Shown here: positions 9,151 to 18,470 of the stretch, one piece after another
How the letters are laid out: every line of letters begins with the position of its first letter
Numbering within the stretch: position 1 is the stretch's first letter
NCBI GenBank assembly: GCA_007618135.1
Contig: PHFX01000170.1
Span: forward strand, 516 to 32,515
Source of the DNA: Candidatus Brocadia sp. WS118
Lineage (GTDB): Bacteria > Planctomycetota > Brocadiia > Brocadiales > Brocadiaceae
DNA length: 32,000 nucleotides
Direction of reading: 5' to 3'
Made by a program: the position numbers and the translations under genes
Notes under the pieces: generated by a model
What the model saw: the letters and a program-made list of their open reading frames with translations, nothing else
Database searches by the model: none
Told to the model about the DNA's origin: nothing

Positions 9151-10500
9151 ATGAAGTCAAAAAAGGTTGCGTTAATCAATCTGGGATGTCCCAAAAATCT
9201 GGTGGATGCAGAAGAGATCCTTGGCAGGGTGGCGGAGACCGGAAGCACGATTTGTCAGTATCCTGAGGATGCCGAGGTGTTGATCGTAAACACCTGCGGT
9301 TTTGTTGATGATTCGAAGAAAGAGTCCATTGATGCAATTTTCAAGATGGCAAAACTGAAAGAAGATGCCCGATGCAAAAAACTCATTGTCACGGGCTGCC
9401 TCGCCCAGCGGTATCCGGATGCATTGCAGAAAGAAATTCCCGAAATCGATCATGTGGTTGGTCTAAAAGATTTTGATACGCTGACTGATTTGTCCGGCTC
9501 TGCTGATAAAAAGAAAAAGGCGTTATCAGCGCAGTGCAGTGACGATTGGCGCAATCGCATCCGGTTGACTCCTAAACATTACGCATATCTCAGGATTTCT
9601 GATGGGTGCGATAACCGTTGTAGTTATTGCGCCATTCCTGGCATACGGGGAAGGTTTCACAGCCGGACCATGGAGAATATTCTTGAAGAGGCGCGTCAGA
9701 TGGCCGGCGAGGGGGTAAAGGAGATCAATGTTATTTCGCAGGACACCACCTCATACGGTGTAGACTTGTATGGCAAACAGCAGTTGCATATCTTACTGGA
9801 AAAACTTTCCGGGCTCAAAGGCATTGAATGGATACGGATACTCTATGCCCATCCACGGCATTTTTATCCGGAGCTTATTCATGTTGTCAGTCAGTCTGAT
9901 ACAATCTGTAAATATATTGATCTCCCTATTCAACATATCCATGACACGATTCTTAAAGAAATGGGACGGGGAGTGACGCGTGCGCGTATCGAGAGACTGA
10001 TCGATGATCTGCGGAGTCACATACCAAAACTATTTTTGAGAACCTCTGTGATTGTGGGATTTCCTGGTGAAACAGAAGAACATTTTACCGAGCTTTTGGA
10101 ATTTGTGAAAAGCGCTAAATTTGAAAGGTTGGGCGCATTTCCTTATTCCAGAGAAGAGGGCACGCCTGCTGCATCCTTCAGGAAACAGATATCCAAAGAG
10201 GTAAAGGAACAGCGGTTAAAAGAGATCATGCTCGCACAACAAAAAATTGTCTTGGAAAAGCATAAAGATCTGGTGGGAAACACAATCTCCGTTATGGTAG
10301 ATGAGAAGGGCAAAAAGAATGGAGCGTGGCTTGGACGAACTTACGGCGATGCGCCTGATGTGGATAGTAAGGTACTTATCCGGGAAAATCATTTGAAACC
10401 AGGTGATATTAAAAATATGATGATTACAGGTACTGCAGGATATGATCTGATGGGAACGGTAATTCACCGCAAAGGTGCAAAGGGAGCGAAAGAGGATTAA
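9151..10500 (+). CDS. rimO: Ribosomal protein S12 methylthiotransferase RimO (MiaB-family radical SAM)
   Basis: 449 aa. It has a UPF0004 N-terminal domain (INLGCPKNLVDAE, VNTCGF), the radical SAM motif CDNRCSYCAIP, and a C-terminal TRAM-like region. Confidence 0.9.
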   Translation: MKSKKVALINLGCPKNLVDAEEILGRVAETGSTICQYPEDAEVLIVNTCGFVDDSKKESIDAIFKMAKLKEDARCKKLIVTGCLAQRYPDALQKEIPEIDHVVGLKDFDTLTDLSGSADKKKKALSAQCSDDWRNRIRLTPKHYAYLRISDGCDNRCSYCAIPGIRGRFHSRTMENILEEARQMAGEGVKEINVISQDTTSYGVDLYGKQQLHILLEKLSGLKGIEWIRILYAHPRHFYPELIHVVSQSDTICKYIDLPIQHIHDTILKEMGRGVTRARIERLIDDLRSHIPKLFLRTSVIVGFPGETEEHFTELLEFVKSAKFERLGAFPYSREEGTPAASFRKQISKEVKEQRLKEIMLAQQKIVLEKHKDLVGNTISVMVDEKGKKNGAWLGRTYGDAPDVDSKVLIRENHLKPGDIKNMMITGTAGYDLMGTVIHRKGAKGAKED

Positions 10501-11076
10501 ATGAGTTCGTTTGATTTCGCAAGATGTACGGCATTTAATTTACCCAATCGGTTAACCTTATTAAGGCTCTTGCTGTCCATTATATTTTTTATCTTCTTGT
10601 CGTACCGTTATTACAATGTTGCCCTTGGCTCATTTTTATTTGCCTGGTTAACTGACTGGCTGGATGGTTATTTGGCGAGAAAAAAGGGACTTCTTACTGA
10701 TTTTGGACGTATCGCAGACCCATTTGTCGATAAGATCATTGTCTGCGGCGGGTTTATCTTACTCATACAGCATGCCCATGATATCATACCACCGTGGATG
10801 GTAGTAGTAATTGTGGCGAGAGAATTTCTGGTTAACAGCCTCAGAAGTTTTTCAGAATCAAGAGGAATTGAATTTGGCGCAACCATATGGGGAAAGGCAA
10901 AGATGTTTGTCCAGTCGCTTACCATTAGCCTCATCTTGCTCTTTTTCTCGCATCTCAAAGACTTTGCCATCATCAAACAGGGGATTGTTTTTATGCTATG
11001 GCTTACCGTTATTATTACATTAGTTTCCGGGATTAAATACATGGTAAAAGCAGGTCCCGCAATCCTGGCAAAGTAG
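10501..11076 (+). CDS. pgsA: CDP-diacylglycerol--glycerol-3-phosphate 3-phosphatidyltransferase
   Basis: 191-aa membrane protein with the CDP-alcohol phosphatidyltransferase motif DWLDGYLARKKGLLTDFGRIADPFVDK. It starts immediately after the rimO stop. Confidence 0.88.
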   Translation: MSSFDFARCTAFNLPNRLTLLRLLLSIIFFIFLSYRYYNVALGSFLFAWLTDWLDGYLARKKGLLTDFGRIADPFVDKIIVCGGFILLIQHAHDIIPPWMVVVIVAREFLVNSLRSFSESRGIEFGATIWGKAKMFVQSLTISLILLFFSHLKDFAIIKQGIVFMLWLTVIITLVSGIKYMVKAGPAILAK

Positions 11077-11090
11077 CCGTTTGAATTTTG

Positions 11091-11140
11091 TTTATGCTGT
11101 TTTTGGGTGGCATGGACAAACTTGTATATCCATGTTTAAC
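11091..11140 (+). repeat. REP-like dispersed element, copy a (TTTATGCTGTTTTTGGGTGGCATGGACAAAC...GTTTAAC)
   Basis: It shares the GGGTGGCAYGGACAA core with copies at 18141, 27636 and 29270. It has an internal hairpin CATGGA/TCCATG. It lies between the convergent pgsA and Uma2 genes. Confidence 0.7.
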
Positions 11141-11195
11141 ATGATTTGCTGATAAGCAATAGTGAAATGCGTTGTGAAGAAATAAGGGGTGCTCC

Positions 11196-11783
11196 CTATT
11201 CCCCTTCAAAATCCTCCCTAAACACTTCTCCCAAATCCAGGGTAAAATCCTTTAAAACTGCTGATTTAATCACCCTATTCCCGCCTTCATCCATATATCC
11301 CTCTGAAAAGAGTATGTATATGCCTTGCTCATTCAATGATAATACCTCTATACGCCTCGTATAGGGATTAACGATCCAGTACTCTTTTACCCGAAACCGT
11401 GCGTATAAATCTTTCTTCTCATAGACGTCCCGGTATTGAGTAGACGGGGAAACGATTTCCACGACGAGATCAGGCGGCCCAAAAACCCCATTTTTCCTGA
11501 TAACATCTTTATTTTCCCTTGAGATAAATAAAATATCAGGCTGTACAACGTTTTCTTCATCCAATATAACATCTGTTGGGGCGTCTACAACGTAACCCAG
11601 ACCATGCTTTTCAACAAACAAGTAAAATTTAACCGCTAGCGTCATGGCAATTCTTTGGTGGTTAAATTCGGGTGCAGGTACCATCATCGATAGTCTACCT
11701 CCTACAATTTCATACCTCTTGCCATCTGTCAAATGCAGATAGTTTTCATACGTCCATCTTTTTTCTTCTGTGATCTGTGTCAT
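11196..11783 (-). CDS. Uma2-family (DUF820) putative endonuclease
   Basis: 195 aa with YEIVGG, PAPEFNHQRI, QPDILFISRE and PDLVVEIVSPST. These are the PD-(D/E)xK-like Uma2 hallmarks. Confidence 0.8.
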   Translation of the reverse strand: MTQITEEKRWTYENYLHLTDGKRYEIVGGRLSMMVPAPEFNHQRIAMTLAVKFYLFVEKHGLGYVVDAPTDVILDEENVVQPDILFISRENKDVIRKNGVFGPPDLVVEIVSPSTQYRDVYEKKDLYARFRVKEYWIVNPYTRRIEVLSLNEQGIYILFSEGYMDEGGNRVIKSAVLKDFTLDLGEVFREDFEGE

Positions 11784-11938
11784 CTGCGATTCCTCATGAC
11801 GTGTAAATTCATCAGATTTCTACCAACTGCAGGCGGAAAGGGCGCAACGTTTTGAATCAAAAACCAGACAATTATCAAAGCATCTATACAAAGGCTTTTA
11901 AGTTTTTCATTCCTGCATTGATTTTGATGATATACGTT

Positions 11939-13729
11939 CTAAGCCACCTTTACCCCAATGCCCGTCTTTATTGCAACATTTAGTTCTCTCAATAAGTCTT
12001 CGAGGTTGACGGGATTGATCTGTACTGCTTGTCCCAGGCTGATGGTTCGGGCGAGGGTATTCCTGAGGATGGGATTTTTCAGTTGTTTGAATCCGAATCC
12101 TATCAGGATATCCAGGGTTTGTGGATACTGCTTGATGAGTTGATAGACATTGGTATTGGCAGTTGCAAGTTTGATTTGTTCTGTGGGGTCTTCTTCCATG
12201 TCGAGTTGCAGTGTTTTCCATGTGTTGATACCAAAGAAAAACATGGCCGCATATTCAAGAAAACCGCTGATCCCCATCACTGAATACAGCTGTGGATAAA
12301 AATGCGCCGAAAGGGGTTGTGCCATCACCCTGCATACACATCCGATGTTGATGAAGACGAAGGTCATGTTGAGGAGCCTGGTACTGCACAATTTCACACC
12401 CTTGCTTAACGGGATCATCTTGGATGCGCAGCCAAGGATCATCATGCTAATGAACCCAACAAAAATAGCGTGCCGGTATGCGCCAAACAAGGCATGGGAA
12501 ACCTGTTCGCCCGAAAGGGTTTCGTAAACCGTAAAAGTTAAGAGTGCACCTTCTGAAATAAACAGCCAAACGAGAGCCGCTCTGATGTATTTTCTAAACC
12601 CCGTAGGCAAGTTGGTTGTGCTTTTAACCGTTTTTCTTCTGTTAAATAAATTCAGATTGTAAATAAATAAAAATACGCCAAAGGTCTCAAGGATACCTGC
12701 AGTGCAAAATATTACGGTAAAAACCCCGTGAAGGTTACTGGTATATTCTCTATAAAACCCTGAAACCGTTCGTAATGCAATTGAGATATTTAAAATATAC
12801 AAAACGTAGCTGCTGACTTTTTGGTTGGGCTCCTGTATCCCCAGAAAAATTGGCAGGGTCTTGGTGAATATTCCTATGATAACCATGCAGGCAAATCCCA
12901 TAATCTGGATATGCCGGATGGGGTTTTTAAAGGCATCAGGAATATTGGTATTCAACACAATAGTAAAATGAAAGTATAAGGCAATGAAGGCGATAGTCTG
13001 GAAGATAAACCAGAGATAGCTGGACAGGAAAAACCATTCGTATGGTTCATATTTTTGTTTTTCCGCAGAGAAAAACGTCCTGCAAATAACATAGATGAAA
13101 AGCGCTATTGATGCAGCCTGAAGTATACATCCGAACAAGACAGGGATCTTGAAAAAGAAGAATCCCGAATAATAGGAAAGCGTTTTAAAGACAAAAGAGA
13201 GGAACATGCCGGTGACCATCAGGAAGAAAGATTTGTAAGCCAACGGTGTGCTGTACAGCATGGTATTCCAAAATTTGGGCAAGGCAAAGTAGGATATTCC
13301 CATGATGAACAAACCAACCCATCCGTACACCTGGGTGTCGCCATGGGTTTCGATCAGTATCCAGGAGACAGAAGTCATGGAATTCCGGAATGCCATGTAG
13401 GCCAATAATGATGCCCCGTAAAGACATCCTGTGGAAAGCACAATGAGGATAGCAGTCTTTACAAAGATCTCATAAACATGTTCGCTTTGCGGTCTTGTGA
13501 TAGTCACGTCGCTGTTTGAATCGACTGCTCCATCGATAAGTTTTTGAAGGTCGTCAATCAGTTTGATGGGGCTAATATTGTGCATCTTGGCGAAAAATGA
13601 CAGAGGCTTGTCGGGGAGGATATTGCCGCCGCACATAATGCCATAGGTCTCAAAGATGCGGCGGGTTACCGGAAAGTTTTCGATAATTTCTTTGACCGTA
13701 TTTTCTTGCCCTATCCTCTCCATAGTCAT
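11939..13729 (-). CDS. Polytopic membrane protein: DUF1858 + NnrS-like heme/copper membrane domain + DUF1858
   Basis: 596 aa. The N-terminal ~70 aa (VKEIIENFPVTRRIFETYGIMCGG...) and the C-terminal ~65 aa (VYQLIKQYPQTLDILIGFGF...RNTLARTISLGQA) both look like DUF1858/ScdA_N-type domains. The core has about 12 predicted transmembrane helices with conserved His-containing segments (ETHGDTQVYGWVGLF, AYRHAIFVGFISMMILG). These resemble NnrS family proteins. Confidence 0.6.
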   Translation of the reverse strand: MTMERIGQENTVKEIIENFPVTRRIFETYGIMCGGNILPDKPLSFFAKMHNISPIKLIDDLQKLIDGAVDSNSDVTITRPQSEHVYEIFVKTAILIVLSTGCLYGASLLAYMAFRNSMTSVSWILIETHGDTQVYGWVGLFIMGISYFALPKFWNTMLYSTPLAYKSFFLMVTGMFLSFVFKTLSYYSGFFFFKIPVLFGCILQAASIALFIYVICRTFFSAEKQKYEPYEWFFLSSYLWFIFQTIAFIALYFHFTIVLNTNIPDAFKNPIRHIQIMGFACMVIIGIFTKTLPIFLGIQEPNQKVSSYVLYILNISIALRTVSGFYREYTSNLHGVFTVIFCTAGILETFGVFLFIYNLNLFNRRKTVKSTTNLPTGFRKYIRAALVWLFISEGALLTFTVYETLSGEQVSHALFGAYRHAIFVGFISMMILGCASKMIPLSKGVKLCSTRLLNMTFVFINIGCVCRVMAQPLSAHFYPQLYSVMGISGFLEYAAMFFFGINTWKTLQLDMEEDPTEQIKLATANTNVYQLIKQYPQTLDILIGFGFKQLKNPILRNTLARTISLGQAVQINPVNLEDLLRELNVAIKTGIGVKVA

Positions 13730-13936
13730 GGTTCCTTACGTCTCTTGCACAAGTTGTAAAACACTTTTGCAAAAAACTATCACACAAAACATCTTGTATT
13801 TTAATAGGTATGTCGTAATAATATGAAACAATTGTTAGTTAGTAGTCAGTAATATATCAGACATGTAAAGGGGTGTCAATGACATTCTCGAATCAGGTAT
13901 TTGCTGATTAGTTCTTGAAAGGCGTTCTGGTTTTGA

Positions 13937-14095
13937 GCCTGTATTACGTTCTCGTTAAGTCTAACGGGAACGTTCGTTCTTTCTGCTACCATGCTCATCG
14001 GCAGGGTAGGTCCGCTGGTAATCGGATATTCCGTCAGGGGTAGATGCAAGATTGTCCCGATTAAATACCCGGAAGGCGTTATGTTGGTTGGATAA
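13937..14095 (+). pseudogene. Relic of the C-terminus of a TrkH/KtrB-family K+ transporter
   Basis: The short frame reads ...LSATMLIGRVGPLVIGYSV...IKYPEGVMLVG*. It resembles the conserved MFIGR(L/V)GPLT ... YPE..(V/I)..G C-terminal end of KtrB/TrkH. There is a stop codon just upstream and no start context. I recognised this by eye only. Confidence 0.4.
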
Positions 14096-14233
14096 TGAGT
14101 GTTTGTGCCTTTTTGTTTTGCTTAGTTCCGGCTATTTTGTTATGTTTAATTTTGATGTTGTTTTGAGGTTCTGATTTCATGCAGCTGATGTAATAATTTA
14201 TCATGAACAAACACTGTAAAAAAACGAAATTTT

Positions 14234-14339
14234 TGTGAAGGTATTACCTACGTCTGACTATAAGATTCAGGAAGGAAACGTTCTCGTGGTTGTTGGCAAC
14301 AGTAAGGACATTGAATTCTTTGAAAAAAATATGAAATAA
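14234..14339 (+). pseudogene. Possible frameshifted relic of a TrkA-C (RCK_C) domain C-terminus
   Basis: It reads VKVLPTSDYKIQEGNV, then a +1 shift in a TTT run at about 14280, then LVVVGNSKDIEFFEKNMK*. This has the pattern of the last strand of TrkA-C domains. The evidence is weak. Confidence 0.25.
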
Positions 14340-14340
14340 T

Positions 14341-15132
14341 ATGCGAAGTATCGCGCTGACAAATCAAAAAGGGGGAGTAGCAAAGACAACAACCACCGTG
14401 AATCTTGGCGCCTGCCTTGCCCAGATGGGTAAAAAGGTGCTTTTAGTTGATCTGGATCCTCAGGGAAATCTTAGTTCGTGGCTCGGTCTGGACATTCACA
14501 ATCTCGAACTGTCCATGTACAATGTGTTTTTGGAAGAGGTCTATTTTGAGGAAATTCTTACGAATACTTGCGTTGAGAACCTGACCCTGGCGCCTTCCAA
14601 TGTGGCATTGGCAGGTGTTGAACGGATTCTTGCTCATGAAAAGGGGAGAGACCTCATTTTACGCAAACGGTTGTCGCCCGTTACGGGTAAGTACGATTAT
14701 ATTATGCTGGATTGCCCCCCTTCTCTCGGCCTGATTACAATTAATGCATTAACCTTTGTTAAAGAGGTTTTTATCCCTTTGGAGACAAAGGTATTGGCGT
14801 TAAATGGTCTCGTAACCCTTATGAATACGGTACAAGTGGTAAAAGAACGGTTAAATCATCATCTGGAGGTGACAGGAATCATTGCCTGCCGGTTTGACGG
14901 CCGGACAAATCTCAGTAACGAGGTGTATAACCAGATTAAAGAGCGATTTAAGGAGAAGGTGTTTGATTCCATCATCAGAGAAAATACCCGCCTGGCAGAA
15001 TGTCCTATTTCCGGCAAGCCGATTACCCTGTACGCACCCGACAGCCCCGGTGCAGTCGATTACACGAATTTAGCGAAAGAGGTGTTGGAAAGGGAAAAAA
15101 ATAGAGTTTCACTGCATCATACCCCTGCTTGA
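14341..15132 (+). CDS. parA: ParA/Soj-family ATPase (orphan, no adjacent parB)
   Basis: 263 aa. It has the deviant Walker A NQKGGVAKTTT, plus LLVDLDPQGN and DYIMLDCPPSLG. Confidence 0.88.
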   Translation: MRSIALTNQKGGVAKTTTTVNLGACLAQMGKKVLLVDLDPQGNLSSWLGLDIHNLELSMYNVFLEEVYFEEILTNTCVENLTLAPSNVALAGVERILAHEKGRDLILRKRLSPVTGKYDYIMLDCPPSLGLITINALTFVKEVFIPLETKVLALNGLVTLMNTVQVVKERLNHHLEVTGIIACRFDGRTNLSNEVYNQIKERFKEKVFDSIIRENTRLAECPISGKPITLYAPDSPGAVDYTNLAKEVLEREKNRVSLHHTPA

Positions 15133-15161
15133 TAGATCATGATTACGGAAGGATTCATAAA

Positions 15162-18071
15162 ATGTATTCATGGATGAATCTTCGAACAGCAATTCAAAAG
15201 AGTATCTTGCCATTTCTTACCCTTGTTCTTCTGGTAACATTCTGTTCCCTGGCTGGTGTTGAAGGCTCAGGTTCCCCTGGACATCCGGTGAAATCCACCA
15301 ACCTTGAGGATTCGCAGGTGGATGCTTTGCTGGTTATTGACGTGTCGCGTGACAGAATGCCGATCAGTAAGTATCTTTACGGCGTAAATATAGCAAACTG
15401 GTGTCCCTGGTATTACCTGAACCTGTGTGCACCCAAACTGAGAGATGCAGAGGTTTCTGTTGTGCGTTTGGGCGCAACGAACATGGAACGTTACAATTAC
15501 AAAAATAACCGCGTCTTTAATGTTATTGCACGTGAAAATCAGTATGTACCGATGAGCTGGGGGAGTTTTGTCAAGTGGTGCAGAAAGGCTGTAAAGGCGG
15601 AACCCTTCTTACAGGTACCGGTTTACGGCCATGTGGCTGGCGCGGGAGATACCATTGACGATCCTGATTACGATCACATGCAGTCAATAGATGAAGTTGA
15701 ACGCTGGGTTTCAGAAGCCGGAAGACGTGTGAAGTTCTGGGGGATAGGAAACGAACCGTGGATAGCGTGGAAACGTGAGGATTATCCTGAACCCTATGGC
15801 GACTCTGCTCACGGAGATCAGGTACTCAACAAAGATACCTCCTATGACACCTATTTTGGCCGTTTTCTATTGCTGGCACAAGGAGTAAAACGGGCAAACC
15901 CGAAGGCGCTTGTGCTTGGTCCTACATCAGCAAACTGGTGGTTGTATTGGACAAATGACTATTCTCCGCTTTGTCCTGTTACCACGGCCAACGGAGACGC
16001 CCTTGAAAATGATTCAAAATGGAAGATCATGTCTGACATTGAGAACCAGTGGAATACAGACGTATTTCCTGACCGTGGTGCTGACCCGGAAGTAACAGGC
16101 TGGGAAACCGACAATGCCCGTGTCTTATCTCAGTATCTTATCCGGGGACAGAAGTACGAAGAAACGAATGGTACACGGGTGGCCGATTTTATGGATGTGC
16201 ATCGGTATATCAGAACTCTGACCGACAGGGATGCCGTTCAGGAACCGAGAGGTCTGTGGCAGGATGATTTCAAAAGCAGGGATCTTGAGGTTAGCTGGGA
16301 TCTTGAAACGGGTTCTTCTCAAGGGATAGAAACCAAGTTGCTGAAACGATTCCAGGATATGGTCGATGTCTATTATCCGGGTACTGAGCTGTCATTTTCT
16401 GAGTACGACTATTTTTATTGGAACGGCTATCCTTCACTGCCTCAAATTGCGGCCGTAGGGCAGATGGATTTCCTGGGTTTTTTTGCAAAGATGGGTGTGA
16501 AAGTGGCATGCAACTGGTATGTGGGGGAACCGAATCAATCAGGTAACAGCGGCAGGAAGGGAGTTGACAGCGCAAGTCAGGCCATGTTTAATGAAAGAGG
16601 CGAGCCAAACCCAAAGTACTGGGCATTCTGGCTTATGAGTCATTATTTCAGGGGCAAGGTTGTTCATGCTGAATCAAGCGACTGGGACACATTCTCGGTT
16701 CACGCCTGCAAACACGCGGGAGACGTCGTTGTTTTTGTGGCAAACAAGGGAGACTATGATCATGACTCAGGCAGTTTCATTTCTGGCCAGACAGCCAAGG
16801 TTGCGGAGATACAGATACGTGGATTCAGTGATAGTACCACTCGAAATCTGCGAATCAGGAAGATCCTGCGCTTCGGCATGAATGATCCATACGTTGTGCA
16901 TATGGAGACAAGCGGGATGAATGTTGTTCATGGCGCGTTTACCTACGAATTTCAACCGCTAGCGATTTACGCTTTTATTTTTTCGGAAAAAGGGTTTCCG
17001 GAGCAACCGGAAGGGTACCTGATGGTAAATCCAAAACGGATTGATTTTGGTCCTTATGAGACCGGTGTGATTGAAGTAGATGGGGAAAAGAAATACACCG
17101 TTCCCATTAGCATTACCAATGCAAGGCAAGGAACGACCACTTGGTCTGTTAGCAAGGATGCCGACTGGCTGAACGTCGTTGGAAACGTCAGCGGGGAAAC
17201 AAAGGTTACCGATAGCGTGTACGTAACCGTAGATCGTGACGGCTTACCCGATGGTAAGCATGAAGCGCTCGTGACAGTAATCACGTCCGAAGGCACGGTG
17301 GAACTGCCTGTAACGGTAGAGGTAGCGCCGGGAGAAGCGGATGGAGTGAAGAGGATTTGTGACTTTGAAACAGGGTCGCTTGCCCATGCATGGAATGAGA
17401 TCGAACCTTATTCCGTAGGGTGGTGGGACGGTCACGGCACGCCAGAAGACAAGGATAGTCCGTATATCTACCGTTTTTTCTTAGATCAAAAGGCGAAACC
17501 ATACCTGGGTGGTTTGGCATCTATGAGGATAGAGTTTAACCGATCAAACGGTGACACAAAAAATGGGAGGTTTTCCATGCCATTTGGCACCTATGGTCAC
17601 AAGACGGTAATTTTAGGGGATGGCGGGCAAGGAGATGTTACGTATGATGCAACAGCAAACTGGAGCGGATATTCAAGCCTTCAATTTGACATCAAAACAG
17701 ACACAAAAAATAGTGAGATAACAAGGCTTTTGATGGTAATCACCGATGAACTGGGCAATAAAGGCAAACCTGCCGTTGGGAATATGGCCTATGAGGACTG
17801 GAAGGGGCAAAACCTGTTAAAAATTACTGATGGAAAATGGCAGACGGTTGAGATACCGCTTGATGGTGTCTTTTATGATTGGCGTTATCCCGAAGGGCAG
17901 AATGGATCGAAAACGCAGCTTGATTTCAGCTGTATCTCCCAGATTGAATTTGCTCCCTGGCCGGGGAATGCCGATGCGTCCGGTACGATTTACCTCGATA
18001 ACCTTTGTGTGGTCAAGACTGAAAGCGGTGGAAGTGAAAAGCAGGAGGCGCATCTTCCCGATCAGAAATAA
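15162..18071 (+). CDS. Secreted glycoside-hydrolase-like protein (clan GH-A, GH44-like) with a BACON-like Ig domain and a C-terminal CBM-like domain
   Basis: A signal peptide follows MYSWMN (hydrophobic LPFLTLVLLVTFCSLAG). RLGATNMERYNYKNN and FWGIGNEPW (NEP acid/base motif) together with SFSEYDY (candidate nucleophile) resemble GH44. Around nt 17040-17330 there is a beta-sandwich segment (TTWSVSKDADWLNV...EALVTVITSEGTVELPVTVEV). The C-terminus ends in TIYLDNLCVVK, as in carbohydrate-binding modules. The track start at TTG 15129 was rejected in favour of ATG 15162, which is preceded by GGAAGG. Confidence 0.65.
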   Translation: MYSWMNLRTAIQKSILPFLTLVLLVTFCSLAGVEGSGSPGHPVKSTNLEDSQVDALLVIDVSRDRMPISKYLYGVNIANWCPWYYLNLCAPKLRDAEVSVVRLGATNMERYNYKNNRVFNVIARENQYVPMSWGSFVKWCRKAVKAEPFLQVPVYGHVAGAGDTIDDPDYDHMQSIDEVERWVSEAGRRVKFWGIGNEPWIAWKREDYPEPYGDSAHGDQVLNKDTSYDTYFGRFLLLAQGVKRANPKALVLGPTSANWWLYWTNDYSPLCPVTTANGDALENDSKWKIMSDIENQWNTDVFPDRGADPEVTGWETDNARVLSQYLIRGQKYEETNGTRVADFMDVHRYIRTLTDRDAVQEPRGLWQDDFKSRDLEVSWDLETGSSQGIETKLLKRFQDMVDVYYPGTELSFSEYDYFYWNGYPSLPQIAAVGQMDFLGFFAKMGVKVACNWYVGEPNQSGNSGRKGVDSASQAMFNERGEPNPKYWAFWLMSHYFRGKVVHAESSDWDTFSVHACKHAGDVVVFVANKGDYDHDSGSFISGQTAKVAEIQIRGFSDSTTRNLRIRKILRFGMNDPYVVHMETSGMNVVHGAFTYEFQPLAIYAFIFSEKGFPEQPEGYLMVNPKRIDFGPYETGVIEVDGEKKYTVPISITNARQGTTTWSVSKDADWLNVVGNVSGETKVTDSVYVTVDRDGLPDGKHEALVTVITSEGTVELPVTVEVAPGEADGVKRICDFETGSLAHAWNEIEPYSVGWWDGHGTPEDKDSPYIYRFFLDQKAKPYLGGLASMRIEFNRSNGDTKNGRFSMPFGTYGHKTVILGDGGQGDVTYDATANWSGYSSLQFDIKTDTKNSEITRLLMVITDELGNKGKPAVGNMAYEDWKGQNLLKITDGKWQTVEIPLDGVFYDWRYPEGQNGSKTQLDFSCISQIEFAPWPGNADASGTIYLDNLCVVKTESGGSEKQEAHLPDQK

Positions 18072-18140
18072 GGGTTTGTGTACGATTGCAAATGCAATAC
18101 TCAAGATGCTCATAAAAGATGAATTTTAAATTGGTAACAG

Positions 18141-18170
18141 GGTGGCACGGACAACGGAGTTTGTCTGTGC
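18141..18170 (+). repeat. REP-like dispersed element, copy b (GGTGGCACGGACAA-CGGAG-TTTGTCTGTGC hairpin)
   Basis: It has the same GGTGGCACGGACAA core as the other copies. The stem GCACGGACAA/TTGTCTGTGC includes one G-U pair. It lies 70 nt downstream of the GH gene stop. Confidence 0.7.
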
Positions 18171-18470
18171 TGGATTTGCACGGCATTGTTTACCTGCCTT
18201 CCGTTTTTCAATAAATTACCTCTGAGATGCCGGTTGAATTCTATCTATGGTATCTATTTTGCTCAACTGACTTGATTGTCAATCTCTAAAGACACACATT
18301 GTATCAAAGTTTTGCTCCTCCTGTTATACTTTTATCTAATATCTTGGTACAATACTATTTGTGCAACGGATGCTATACGCTTTGTATGGGTATTTATGTG
18401 TCTTTTGAGAATCTGAAAAAGAGACGGGGATGAGTGGTATTGTTTCATAAAAAGGGTATTCATGAAATAA

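Noticed and set aside
11907-12221. 104-aa minus ORF overlapping the 3' part of the NnrS-like gene in another frame
   Set aside because: It has a low-complexity Pro/Gln/Arg-rich translation and lies fully inside a longer ORF that has a recognisable C-terminal DUF1858 domain.
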